DNA of 64,000 bases, taken from contig DATLAK010000171.1 of assembly GCA_035527535.1 (NCBI GenBank), positions 7,638-71,637 of the forward strand. Direction: 5' to 3'. The DNA comes from Armatimonadota bacterium. Its GTDB lineage: Bacteria > Armatimonadota > Hebobacteria > GCA-020354555 > CP070648. Both the position numbers and the translations under genes were made by a program. Under the pieces are notes generated by a model. The model worked only from the letters and a program-made list of their open reading frames with translations, did not search any database and was not told the DNA's origin. Positions 21,389 through 30,917 of the stretch are shown in pieces (position 1 is the first letter of the stretch; each line of letters begins with the position of its first letter).

Positions 21389-22645
21389 ATGCCACTTACG
21401 ATCGCCGAGAAGATCTTGGGGGGCCACGCCGGGCGCGAGGTGCGCGCGGGCGAGATCGTAGTCGCCGACGTGGATTTCACGATGGGCCAGGACGGCACCT
21501 CGATGATGATCATTGATGAGCTGGAGCGCCTGGGCGCGGAGCGGGTGGCCGACCCCGCGCGTTTCGCCATGGTGCTCGACCATTCAGCCCCCAGTCCCGT
21601 GGCGGGGACTTCGCGCATCCACGCCAAGATGCGGAGCGCGGCCGCGAGGTACGGCTCGCTGCTCTACGACATCGGCGAGGGCGTTTGCCACCAGCTGCTC
21701 CCGGAGCACGGCCATGTCTTGCCGGGCGATCTCATCGTCGGCGCTGACAGCCACACCTGCACCTACGGCGCCCTCAACGCCGCCGCCACCGGGGTCGGTT
21801 CGACCGACCTGGCGGCCGCGGCGTACACCGGCAAGCTGTGGTTCAGGGTGCCCCAGAGCATGCGCGTGGTCTGCCGCGGGACGTTGCCGCCGGGGGTTTA
21901 CGCCAAGGACCTGGTGCTGCACCTGGTGGGCGACATCGGCGCCGACGGCGCGACCTATCAAGCGGTCGAATTCGTCGGCGAGACGATCTCCGCACTGTCG
22001 GTGGAGGGGCGCTTCACGGTGTGCAACATGGCGGTGGAAATGGGCGCCAAGTTCGGCATCATGGAGGCCGACGACAGGACCCTGGAGTGGGTGCGGGGGC
22101 GCTCGCCGCGGGCGGCCCAGCCGGTCGCCGCCGATGACGGGGCGCAGTATGCCGAGGTGCGGGAGTACGACTTGTCCAGCCTCGCGCCGCAGGTAGCCAG
22201 GCCGCATACGGTGGACAACGTCGCGCCGGTGGAGGAGGCGCTGGGGACGCCGGTGCAGCAGGGGGTGATCGGCACCTGCACCAACGGGCGGGTCGAGGAC
22301 TTCGCCGTCGCCGCGCAAGTGCTGGGTGGGCGTCACGCGCATCCCCTCACGCGCCTGATCTGCGTGCCGTCGTCCAAGCAGGTGCTGATCGAGATCATCG
22401 AGCGCGGCATTCACCGCGCGCTGCTCGAGGCGGGGGCGGTGTTCGTTACTCCCGGGTGCGGGCCTTGTGTGGGAACTCACGCCGGAGTGCCAGGGGATAA
22501 CGAGAACGTGATCTCCACCGCCAATCGCAATTTCCTGGGGCGCATGGGCAACCCGCAGGGGGTCAACATCTACCTCGCGTCGCCGGCAACGGTCGCGGCG
22601 TCGGCCATCGAGGGGCGCATCGCCGACCCCCGCAGGTACCTTTAG
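21389..22645 (+). CDS. leuC: 3-isopropylmalate / 2-alkylmalate dehydratase large subunit (aconitase family, short LeuC type)
   Basis: MPLTIAEKILGGHAG...DFTMGQDGTS, Fe-S ligand motifs (CHQ, GADSHTCTYGA, TCTNGR, PGCGPC); 418 aa archaeal/short type. Confidence 0.85.
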   Translation: MPLTIAEKILGGHAGREVRAGEIVVADVDFTMGQDGTSMMIIDELERLGAERVADPARFAMVLDHSAPSPVAGTSRIHAKMRSAAARYGSLLYDIGEGVCHQLLPEHGHVLPGDLIVGADSHTCTYGALNAAATGVGSTDLAAAAYTGKLWFRVPQSMRVVCRGTLPPGVYAKDLVLHLVGDIGADGATYQAVEFVGETISALSVEGRFTVCNMAVEMGAKFGIMEADDRTLEWVRGRSPRAAQPVAADDGAQYAEVREYDLSSLAPQVARPHTVDNVAPVEEALGTPVQQGVIGTCTNGRVEDFAVAAQVLGGRHAHPLTRLICVPSSKQVLIEIIERGIHRALLEAGAVFVTPGCGPCVGTHAGVPGDNENVISTANRNFLGRMGNPQGVNIYLASPATVAASAIEGRIADPRRYL

Positions 22646-22658
22646 GAGACCAAGGATC

Positions 22659-23180
22659 ATGATTCTGCGCGGCAAGGGGCGGCGGGTTGACCCGCCGAAC
22701 GATGTCAATACCGACTACATTATCGCGGGTCGCTACAAGTTCAAGTCAGAGGATATGACGGAGCTGGCCCAGCACCTGCTGGAGGACCTCGATCCCGGAT
22801 TCACCCGGCGCATTGAGCCCGGCGACTTCATCGTCGCGGGCTCCAACTTCGGCTGCGGCTCCTCCCGCGAGCAGGCGCCGCGGGTGATCCTCGCCGCCGG
22901 GCTGAGCGCCGTCATCGCCCGCTCCTTTGCGCGCATCTTCTACCGCAATGCCTTCAACCTGGGCCTGCCCTTGATCGAGAGCGAGACCGAGTTCATCCGC
23001 GACGGCGACGACCTCGAGTTGGACCTCGACGCCGGGGTGCTGCGCGACCTCACGCAGGGCCGCGAAGTCCCGGTCAAGCCGCTGCCGGCGGTGATGCAGA
23101 CCCTGCTCGCTGACGGCGGCCTGGTGCAGCATCTCAAGCGCCACGGCGGGTTCGCGCTCGGGGGCGGCGGCGACGTCTAG
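22659..23180 (+). CDS. leuD: 3-isopropylmalate dehydratase small subunit (LeuD type)
   Basis: Aconitase swivel domain: FIVAGSNFGCGSSREQAP...; immediately downstream of leuC. Confidence 0.85.
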   Translation: MILRGKGRRVDPPNDVNTDYIIAGRYKFKSEDMTELAQHLLEDLDPGFTRRIEPGDFIVAGSNFGCGSSREQAPRVILAAGLSAVIARSFARIFYRNAFNLGLPLIESETEFIRDGDDLELDLDAGVLRDLTQGREVPVKPLPAVMQTLLADGGLVQHLKRHGGFALGGGGDV

Positions 23181-23254
23181 CGTCGCCGCCGACATCGCGC
23201 GCCGATGGGTGCCCGGAGCGGTCGCGGCGCCCGGCGCCACAGGAGGGAGACAAG

Positions 23255-24175
23255 GTGAAGGTCACGGTGGTGGGCGCCGCAGGCAAGGTGGGAGCGGCTA
23301 CGGCATTCGCGCTGCAAACCGGAGGCGTAGTGCGTGAGTTGGCGCTCATTGACGTGATGCAGGAGGCGGCTTTCGGGGAGGCGCTCGACCTGCTCCACGG
23401 CTCCGCGCTGTGCGGCCCGCTCGACGTGCGCGCGGGCGGATACGAAATGGCGGCCGGCTCCGACGTCGTGGTCATCACCGCCGGGCTGCGCCGCAGGCCG
23501 GAGGAGACGCGCCTGCGGCTCACCGGGCGCAATGTCTCTCTCTTCCGCGAGATCCTGGGGCAACTGGAGCAGGTCGCGCTGGCCGATGACGCCATCCTGG
23601 TCGTGGTTGCCAACCCGGTGGATGTGCTGACCCACATTGCGGTGGATTCGGGCTGGGCGGCGAACAAGGCGATCGGCACCGGCACCTTCCTGGACACGGT
23701 GCGCCTGCGTTCGCTGCTGGCGCAGCGGCTGCGGTGCGACCCGCGCGCCGTGCAGGCGCTGATCCTGGGGGAGCATGGGGACAGCATGGTGCCCATCTGG
23801 TCGCGGGCCTGCATCGGCGGGGTCACGCTGGACTCCTACCCCGGGTTTGACGACGGTCTGCGCGAGGAGATCCTCGACCTGGTGCGCGGCGCGGGGGCGG
23901 AAATGATCCGCCTCAAGCAAGGCGCCGCCTACGCCATCGGGCAGTGCGTGCGCGAGGTCGTGCACGCTATCGCCGCCGACGCGCGCCGCTTGCTGCCGTT
24001 GTCCACGCGACAGCACGGGGCGTGCGGCATCGAGGGTGTGTGCCTGAGCCTGCCCACGGTCGTCGGCGCGCGAGGCGTCTGCGACGTGCTGGAGCCCGCG
24101 GTGGCGCCGCAAGAGCTGGAAGACCTTCGCGCCTCGGCCGCGATACTGCGCGAAACCCTCGCCGGCATCGAGTAG
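23255..24175 (+). CDS. malate/L-lactate dehydrogenase family (Ldh_1) oxidoreductase, likely malate dehydrogenase
   Basis: Rossmann VVGAAGKVGAATAF, substrate loop ITAGLRRRPEETRLRL (Arg at the specificity position favours Mdh), catalytic IGTGTFLDTVR and EHGDS; GTG start with RBS AGGAGGGAG. Confidence 0.75.
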   Translation: MKVTVVGAAGKVGAATAFALQTGGVVRELALIDVMQEAAFGEALDLLHGSALCGPLDVRAGGYEMAAGSDVVVITAGLRRRPEETRLRLTGRNVSLFREILGQLEQVALADDAILVVVANPVDVLTHIAVDSGWAANKAIGTGTFLDTVRLRSLLAQRLRCDPRAVQALILGEHGDSMVPIWSRACIGGVTLDSYPGFDDGLREEILDLVRGAGAEMIRLKQGAAYAIGQCVREVVHAIAADARRLLPLSTRQHGACGIEGVCLSLPTVVGARGVCDVLEPAVAPQELEDLRASAAILRETLAGIE

Positions 24176-24192
24176 GTGCGGGAGGAGAGGCG

Positions 24193-24849
24193 ATGACGAT
24201 TCGCTACCTGGGCCATGCGAGCTTCTTGGTCGCCGCTGCCGACGGCGCTAACATCGTGTTCGATCCGTATCAACCGGGGGCCTTCAACGGCGCCATCGGC
24301 TACGGCCGGATGAGCGAGCCGGCCGCAGTCGTCGCCATCTCCCACGATCACGCCGATCACAACTTCGCGGCGGGTGTGCCGGGCAGTCCGCAGGTCATAA
24401 GGACCCCCGGCGCCCATTGGGCGGGCTCGGTGCGGTTACGCGGGATCGCCGCCAAACACGACGCGTCGAACGGGGAGGCACGCGGCGACAACGTCGTCTT
24501 CTGTGCCGAGATTGACGGCGTGCGCCTGTGTCATCTCGGCGACCTTGGCCATGAGTTGAGCGATGCGCAGGTGACGGAGATCGGGCCGGTGGAGGTCCTG
24601 CTCTGCCCGGTAGGCGGCACCTTCACCATCGACTGCGAGGGGGCGACGCGGGTGATGCAGGCGCTGAGGCCGCGAATCACGATCCCCATGCACTTCAAGA
24701 CGCCCAAGGCGAACCTGCCGATTGCACCCGTGGACGACTTCCTGCGCGGCAAGCACAACGTACGCCGAGAGGGGGGATCCGAGATCACCGTGACCCCGGA
24801 GACCCTGCCCCCCGAGCCACTGCTGATCGTGCTCGAACCGGCGCTATGA
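24193..24849 (+). CDS. MBL-fold metal-dependent hydrolase (UPF0173-like)
   Basis: HDHADHNF metal-binding motif, 218 aa from ATG 24193 with RBS GGAGGAGAGG; longer 23944 ORF overlaps upstream gene. Confidence 0.75.
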   Translation: MTIRYLGHASFLVAAADGANIVFDPYQPGAFNGAIGYGRMSEPAAVVAISHDHADHNFAAGVPGSPQVIRTPGAHWAGSVRLRGIAAKHDASNGEARGDNVVFCAEIDGVRLCHLGDLGHELSDAQVTEIGPVEVLLCPVGGTFTIDCEGATRVMQALRPRITIPMHFKTPKANLPIAPVDDFLRGKHNVRREGGSEITVTPETLPPEPLLIVLEPAL

Positions 24850-24899
24850 TCCCTTGGAACCGAAAGGCTCGTCCGGTGACAACGCCCTGCCAGCGGAGC

Positions 24900-25730
24900 A
24901 TGGGCGCCTCGCCCGTGATCTCCGCGCGGCGCGCTCGACAACGCGGCGCGGGGCCGGGGGCGGCCGCAGTGACGGCGCTGCTCGCCGGATGGGTCTGCTG
25001 GTGCGCCTCGGCCAACGTGTCGGTGCCGCTGAACTGCGCCGCCCGTCAAGTCGTCGCCCCGGTGACGATTGACGGCAAGCTCGACGAGTGGGAGGAAGCC
25101 CAGCCAGTAGTGCTGGCGGGGGAATCACACTGGCGCGCGGCCCAGCCCGGGGCGGAATACGGCGGCTCCAGTGACGTAGCCGCGAGATTCTACGCCGCCT
25201 GGGACCGTAATCGCCTGTACCTCGCGATCGAGGCCTACGACGACGATCTGGCGCCGCCCGGGGATGCGGAAGATATGCTCCAAGGAGACTGCATCATCGT
25301 GGCGGTGGATGCGCGCAACGATGCCACCCAGGGGTATGACGAGGACGACAGCGAGTTCGGCTTCGCCTACACTCCGGCGGGTCCGTACTCCTGGCGCTGG
25401 TTCCCGCTTAAGCGCGCGGGCCGGCCGTCGCCGGTCAAGGTGGCGGTGGTGCGGGAGGTGAAGCCGGGAGCGGTGAAGGCCGGCATTCCCCCGATCAAGC
25501 TCACCTACGAGATCGCCATCCCCTGGTCGGAGCTGCACGGCGCCAGCCCCGGGGAGGGGGAGGCGCTCGGTTTCGACATCGTGGTCAACGACGTTGACGG
25601 CAACCGCCGACACGGCTGGCTCGAGTGGACGTCGGGGATCCTGGGCATCAAGGACCCGTCTCGCTTCGGCAACATCGTGCTGACGGTCACCGCGCCCCCC
25701 GCTCCCGAGCAGCCGGCGCCGGCGCCATAG
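24900..25730 (+). CDS. secreted carbohydrate-binding family 9 (CBM9/DOMON-like) domain protein
   Basis: Signal-like N-terminus then APVTIDGKLDEWEEAQPVVL...RFYAAWDRNRLYLAIEAYDDD... typical of CBM9-like domains; start ambiguous (24846 or 24900). Confidence 0.6.
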   Translation: MGASPVISARRARQRGAGPGAAAVTALLAGWVCWCASANVSVPLNCAARQVVAPVTIDGKLDEWEEAQPVVLAGESHWRAAQPGAEYGGSSDVAARFYAAWDRNRLYLAIEAYDDDLAPPGDAEDMLQGDCIIVAVDARNDATQGYDEDDSEFGFAYTPAGPYSWRWFPLKRAGRPSPVKVAVVREVKPGAVKAGIPPIKLTYEIAIPWSELHGASPGEGEALGFDIVVNDVDGNRRHGWLEWTSGILGIKDPSRFGNIVLTVTAPPAPEQPAPAP

Positions 25731-25829
25731 CCTACGTCCGTCGCGCCGCCGCCCGCCGGCGCTTGGCACGGCCGCTCGAAGCGTGTATGATCGTGGTAAG
25801 CAGACCACTGGAGGCGGTGGCGTGGCCTG

Positions 25830-26816
25830 ATGGCGCAGCCCGACGCGCGAGAGCTGGACCTATCCATCTGCATCGTCAACTGGAACACCCGCGACTTGCT
25901 GCGCGACTGCCTGCGCTCCCTGGAGGCGACCGTCACCGGGCACGGGTTCGAGCGCATCGTCGTGGACAATGCCTCCTCCGATGGCAGCGCGGCAATGGTG
26001 GCCGCCGAGTTCCCGCAGGCCCACCTGATCGCCAACCGCGACAACCTCGGCTACGCCGCCGCCAACAACCAGGCCTTCCGCGCCGCCCGCGGGCGCTACC
26101 TGCTGACCCTCAACCCCGACACCGTGGCCCTGCCCGACACCCTCGATTACATGGTGCGTTACATGGACGCCCATCCCCAGGTGGGAGTCACCACCGCGAA
26201 ACTGGTGTACCCCGACGGCTCGCCGCAGAGCTCCTGTCTCGCGTTCCCCTCGCTGCTGACGGAGTTCGCCGACCTCTCGGGCTTGCAGCGCAGATACCCG
26301 CGCAGCGCCCTCTGGGGGCGCTACATCATGGCCGGCTGGGCGCACGATGAGACGCGCGAGGTGGATCAACCCATGGGCACCTGCCTGCTGGCGCGCCGGG
26401 AGGTGCTGGAGGCGGTGGGCGGGCTGGACGAGCGCTTCCCATTGTATTTCAACGACGTGGACTGGTGCTATCGCATCAAGCGCGCGGGCTGGAGAATCAT
26501 GTTTCTGGCGGAGCCGCGGCTGATTCACCACCGCCGCGCGGTGGGCGACAAGCTCGGGCCGCGCCGCATCGTCGAGCACTTCCGGGGGAAGCGCCGCTAT
26601 TTCCGCAAGCACTACGCGCTGCCGGGCTTCATCGCCGACTGGCTGCTCAACGTTGTGTTTCTGGGCGCGCGCTACCTGCGCCTGCGCGGGCGCTGGCAGG
26701 TCGCCCGCTGGCGCGGCCGTTCGATTCAGGATTCGCGCATCGGCGAGACGGCGGCGAGCCTCAAGGTGTATCTCGGTATCGGCGAGAGAGGAAGCGGCTG
26801 GCGCCCGCCGGAATAG
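25830..26816 (+). CDS. glycosyltransferase family 2
   Basis: LSICIVNWNTRDLLRDCL...VVDNASSDGS...GYAAANN... DXD-type GT-A fold. Confidence 0.85.
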   Translation: MAQPDARELDLSICIVNWNTRDLLRDCLRSLEATVTGHGFERIVVDNASSDGSAAMVAAEFPQAHLIANRDNLGYAAANNQAFRAARGRYLLTLNPDTVALPDTLDYMVRYMDAHPQVGVTTAKLVYPDGSPQSSCLAFPSLLTEFADLSGLQRRYPRSALWGRYIMAGWAHDETREVDQPMGTCLLARREVLEAVGGLDERFPLYFNDVDWCYRIKRAGWRIMFLAEPRLIHHRRAVGDKLGPRRIVEHFRGKRRYFRKHYALPGFIADWLLNVVFLGARYLRLRGRWQVARWRGRSIQDSRIGETAASLKVYLGIGERGSGWRPPE

Positions 26817-26822
26817 GAAATC

Positions 26823-28325
26823 ATGCGCATCTTGCTCGTGCCCAGGAACTTCATGCCGACCTGCGTCGGCAGCGCAGCGATGTTCACCCTCGACCTCGCT
26901 CACGCCCTGGGCGCCCGCGACCAGGTGCGCATCCTGTGGGGCGAGACGGATCCGCACCACCCATGGGAAGGCCCGGCCGCTGTCTGCTCCGGCAGCCACG
27001 AAGGGGTCGAGACGACGACGGTCACCCTGCCCGAGCCGGCCGAGCCGAACGAATGCCTGGACCTGGTCAACCCCCTGGCGGTAGAAGCCTTCGGCGCCGG
27101 TCTCGACGACTTCCGCCCCGACCTGGTCCATTTTCAGGACCTCGGTCCGTTGTCGGCGGCGGCGGTGTGGGAGTGCGGCGAGCGCGGCCTCCCCGTTGCG
27201 CTGACCCTGCGCGACTACTGGGCGACATGCCATCGCCGGTCGCTCATCACCGCCGGCGGACGAGCGTGCGCGGGCCCCGAGGGCGGGGTGCGCTGTGCGG
27301 TTGAGGGCTGTCTGCTGCTGCCGGGCGACGAATGGCGTCCCCTGACCGCGGAGGTCCGGCGTAATCTCTCCAGCCTCGGCCGGCGCCAGCGCTCTCTGCA
27401 GCGCGCGGCGGCGGAGCCGCCGATACCGCCGTGGTACCGAGCACTGCAGCGGGTGCCGCAGCCGGTCAAGGGCCTCGCCCCCACGTGGCTGCGCCACCTG
27501 GCGCGGCGAACCGCGGTCGGCGCAGCGCCCGATCTCTGGGAGCCGGCGTCTCGCCAGGACCGCGACGCTCTGGTCTGGGCCGAATGGGCGACGGCCCACT
27601 CCCGGTTTCGGTTTCAGATGCTGGAGCGCACCCTGGCTCGCGTTGGGCTGTTGACAACCCCCTCGCCCGCGGTGCAGGGATCGCTGGAAAGCGCCGGCGG
27701 TCAACCTGGCCGCTGCCTGGTGCTGGCCGACGGCCCGCAGCGGGAGCGGCTGGCCGGGTGGGCCCGCAAGGCGGGCGGCAGGCTGACCTTCGCGTATCTG
27801 GGCGCCGTACATCCGGCGCGGGGGCTGGAGGCCCTGGTGCGCGCCTTTGACCGCCTGCCGCCGGGAGCCGCTCGCCTCATCATCGCCGGGCCCGCCGATG
27901 GCGACTACTTCGCCCAACTGCGCGGGCTTGCCGGCGGCAGCGAAGTGCTGTTCCTGGGGCGCGTGGCCCCGCACCAACTGGCGGCGTTCTTCAGCGAGGT
28001 GGATGTAGTCGTACTGCCTTCAGCGCGCCGCGAGCCGATGCCGGGGGCGTTGTCATACGCGCGGCACCTGCGGCTGCCGGTCATCGCTGCCGCTGCGGGC
28101 GACCTCGCGCAGGCCGTCGGTGCGCAGGGGGGCGGTCTCACCTATCCACCCGGAGACATCGCCGCCCTGGAGGCATGCCTGAGCCGTTTCGTGGACGAGC
28201 CAGGGCTGGCGCTGGCGCTGGGGGAAGCCGCTCCCGCCGTCGCCCCCGCCGAGGAGATCGCCGTGCGGCTGCGGGAGGAATACGAGGGATTGACCGCCTC
28301 CGACCGACCTGCGGGGAGACGATGA
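26823..28325 (+). CDS. glycosyltransferase family 4 (GT-B), 500 aa with long inter-domain insertion
   Basis: C-terminal GT1/GT4 signature GRVAPHQLAAFFSEVDVVVLPSARREPMPGALSYARHLRLPVIAAAAGDL; N-domain RILLVPRNFMPTCVGSA. Confidence 0.75.
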   Translation: MRILLVPRNFMPTCVGSAAMFTLDLAHALGARDQVRILWGETDPHHPWEGPAAVCSGSHEGVETTTVTLPEPAEPNECLDLVNPLAVEAFGAGLDDFRPDLVHFQDLGPLSAAAVWECGERGLPVALTLRDYWATCHRRSLITAGGRACAGPEGGVRCAVEGCLLLPGDEWRPLTAEVRRNLSSLGRRQRSLQRAAAEPPIPPWYRALQRVPQPVKGLAPTWLRHLARRTAVGAAPDLWEPASRQDRDALVWAEWATAHSRFRFQMLERTLARVGLLTTPSPAVQGSLESAGGQPGRCLVLADGPQRERLAGWARKAGGRLTFAYLGAVHPARGLEALVRAFDRLPPGAARLIIAGPADGDYFAQLRGLAGGSEVLFLGRVAPHQLAAFFSEVDVVVLPSARREPMPGALSYARHLRLPVIAAAAGDLAQAVGAQGGGLTYPPGDIAALEACLSRFVDEPGLALALGEAAPAVAPAEEIAVRLREEYEGLTASDRPAGRR

Positions 28326-29383
28326 CCATGCGCGTGGGCTTCATCCCCTATGACGACGACATCGCCAATCCGGCCAGCCGCTTGCGGGGCTTCGAGGTCG
28401 TCCGCGGACTGCGCGCCCTGGGCGTGGATGCGCAGGTGGTGACACCGCAAGCCGCGGGAGGGTGCGACGCCATCGTCCTCGCCAAGTACGCGCTCAGGAG
28501 CGCGCCGGCATGCCTGCGGCTGATGACGGAGCTGCAAGCGCGGGGCGCCAAGGTCATCTTCGACTTCGCTGACGACCTGGAGCGAGTGCTGCGGCAGACG
28601 CTGGCGGGCTTGCGGGCGCTGCCCATCCGCGAGCGCTGGTCGGCGCGCCTGGAGCTGCGCCGTCAGGCGCGGGCGTTGTTTCGCATGCTGGCCCAGGCGC
28701 ACCACGTCACCGTCTCCGCCGGGCCCCTGCGGGGCATCGCCGAGCGGCGGGGTGCACCGTGCACCGTCGTGGCGGACGCGATCGCCCCGGAGTTCTTCTT
28801 CGCCCAGAAGCGGCACGCGACCCACAACCCGACGGCGATCGTGTGGACCGGCTACGTGCACAACGTGACGTATATCGAATTGGTGGAGGAAGCGCTGGAA
28901 CGCCTGGCGCGCCGCCGCGACATCGAGGTGCGTTTCATTACCTCGCGCCGGCGCCTACACCCCTATCGGGGCACGAAAGACAATCGCCAGATCGTCTCCT
29001 CCTATCGGTTCCCGGCACGGTTCGTGGAGTGGCGCATGGACAACTGCTGGAGCGAGCTGTTCGCGGGCGACATCGGCATCGCGCCGGTGCCGCCGGGCAT
29101 CATCAAGTCCGCCAACAAGGCGGCGACCTACATGGCGATGGGGCTGCCGGTGGTCGCCAGTCGCAGCGATGACTATGTGCGCGCAGTCGAGCAACCGGGG
29201 GCCGGTTACGTGTGCGCGACTTCGCGGGAGTGGGAGCATGCGCTCGACGAGCTGGTGAGTGCCCCCGAAGCGCGGGCGCGCATGGGCGCCGCCGGCCGCG
29301 CCGCGGCCACGGAGATGTTCTCGATGGAGGCGGTGGCCCGCCAATGGCGCAACCTGATCGAACGCGTGCTCGATTCGTCATGA
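28322..29383 (+). CDS. glycosyltransferase (GT-B fold, GT4-like)
   Basis: ATG overlaps upstream stop; C-terminal ...AATYMAMGLPVVASRSDDYVRAVEQPGAGYV... typical of GT4 C-domain. Confidence 0.65.
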   Translation: MTMRVGFIPYDDDIANPASRLRGFEVVRGLRALGVDAQVVTPQAAGGCDAIVLAKYALRSAPACLRLMTELQARGAKVIFDFADDLERVLRQTLAGLRALPIRERWSARLELRRQARALFRMLAQAHHVTVSAGPLRGIAERRGAPCTVVADAIAPEFFFAQKRHATHNPTAIVWTGYVHNVTYIELVEEALERLARRRDIEVRFITSRRRLHPYRGTKDNRQIVSSYRFPARFVEWRMDNCWSELFAGDIGIAPVPPGIIKSANKAATYMAMGLPVVASRSDDYVRAVEQPGAGYVCATSREWEHALDELVSAPEARARMGAAGRAAATEMFSMEAVARQWRNLIERVLDSS

Positions 29384-29423
29384 CGCGCCCCACACCGCCC
29401 GGGGACGACGCGAGAGCTGTGAG

Positions 29424-30899
29424 ATGCGCATCCTGATTCTGGTGCACGCGTTCCCGCCGGAAATGCAGGCGGGGGCGGAACTGGCTACGTTTCATCTCGC
29501 CCGGCGGCTGCGGGCGCGCCACGAGGTGGTGGTCGCCTACGTCAGCAATGTCGCTCGCGACCACGACCACATCACGACCGGTACCTACGCAGACGTACCG
29601 GTGATCCGTCTTCACTCCCGCCCGCGCCCGGAGCGAGCGATGGCGATGGGCCTGGTGCATCCGGCGCTGGAGCATCTGCTGCTGGAGGCGGTGCGCGCCT
29701 TTCGCCCCGAGGTGGTGCACGTCCAGCACGCGATCCGGTCATCAGCCAATGTGCTGTTTCGCCTTAAGGCGGCGGGCTTGCCGGTGGTGTTGACCCTGCA
29801 CGACTTCTGGTTCCTGTGCCCGCGCATCAATCTCTTCCGCCCGGACGGATCGCTGTGCGCCGGCCCGCAGGGCGGCAAAGCCTGCGTGCCCGCCGGCTGT
29901 TATCCGGGCAACGCCTGGTTCGACCCGTACGCGGACCGGGAGCCGGCGCCGGCCGTCGTTGCTCCCGCGCCGGCAGCGCCGTCCTCTCCGCCTCCTGCGA
30001 GCCGATTCTCGCGCCTGGTGGGTGCGATCCCGCGCCCGCTGAAGGCGCTGGCGCCGCCCGGGTTGAAGCACCGTCTCGCCTCGCGGTTCGGTGCGCCCAC
30101 GCCCGTTCCCTCCCCGTTGGTGCCGTCCCCGGCTCCCGCAGCCCCGCCGCCGGCGCCCGATCCCCGCGATGCCATGTTCATGGAGGACCGGGCGCGATTC
30201 ATGTTCGACGCGCTGGGCGCGCCGGATCACATCATCTCGCCCAGCGCCCACCTGCGTCAGCGATTCGTCGAGCACGGGGCCGCGCCGGAACAGATCAGCG
30301 TGATCCGAAATGTCGTCGACGTCGCCGGATTCGGTCGCGTGGGCCTGCCGCCGCCAGCCCCCCCGGTCGTCTTTGGCTACATCGGCACCCTGTGGCCGCA
30401 CAAGGGCGTGCAGGTCCTGATCGAGGCCGCCAATCGCCTGGCGCCGGAGGCCGCCCGCCTCCTCATCGTCGGCAAGGGCGAGGCCCGCTATGAGGAGAAC
30501 CTGCGCCGCCACGCCCGGAATCCCGCCATCGAGTTTCTGGGCGAGGTGCCGGCCGAGAACGTCCCGGAGATCTACGAGCGCTTACACGCGCTGGTGCTGC
30601 CCTCCATCTGCTACGATAACTGGCCGGTGACCATGCAGGAGGCGGTCGCCGCGCGGCGGCCGATCATCGCCTCCGATATCGGCGGCATGGCGGAGGCGCT
30701 GAAGCACGAGCGCAATGCCCTGCTGTTTGCGGCGGGGGACGCGGAGGCGCTCCACAAGCAGCTTGTGCGGGTGGTGGAAGACCCCCAGGCACTGGCCCGA
30801 TTCGCCGACAACCTCCCGCCCCCCGACGACCCCGAGCAGTCCACTGCCGCTCACGAGGCAGTATATCGCAGGCTGGTTGAAGAGGCGCAGAGGCGATAA
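29424..30899 (+). CDS. glycosyltransferase family 4 with ~80-aa Pro/Ala-rich low-complexity insertion
   Basis: MRILILVHAFPPEMQAGAELATFHLARRL (GT4 N-domain), C-domain GKGEARYEENLR...LVLPSICYDNWPVTMQEAVAARRPIIASDIGGMAEAL; insert ~29930-30190 (PAPAVVAPAPAAPSSPPP...PSPAPAAPPPAPDP). Confidence 0.8.
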   Translation: MRILILVHAFPPEMQAGAELATFHLARRLRARHEVVVAYVSNVARDHDHITTGTYADVPVIRLHSRPRPERAMAMGLVHPALEHLLLEAVRAFRPEVVHVQHAIRSSANVLFRLKAAGLPVVLTLHDFWFLCPRINLFRPDGSLCAGPQGGKACVPAGCYPGNAWFDPYADREPAPAVVAPAPAAPSSPPPASRFSRLVGAIPRPLKALAPPGLKHRLASRFGAPTPVPSPLVPSPAPAAPPPAPDPRDAMFMEDRARFMFDALGAPDHIISPSAHLRQRFVEHGAAPEQISVIRNVVDVAGFGRVGLPPPAPPVVFGYIGTLWPHKGVQVLIEAANRLAPEAARLLIVGKGEARYEENLRRHARNPAIEFLGEVPAENVPEIYERLHALVLPSICYDNWPVTMQEAVAARRPIIASDIGGMAEALKHERNALLFAAGDAEALHKQLVRVVEDPQALARFADNLPPPDDPEQSTAAHEAVYRRLVEEAQRR

Positions 30900-30917
30900 T
30901 CGCCGACGGGGAACACC

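Noticed and set aside
23255-24175. Dehydrogenase after leuCD as 3-isopropylmalate dehydrogenase LeuB
   Set aside because: Sequence belongs to the LDH/MDH Rossmann family (GAAGxVG N-terminus, IGTGT.LDT.R, catalytic His in EHGDS), not the isocitrate/isopropylmalate dehydrogenase family.
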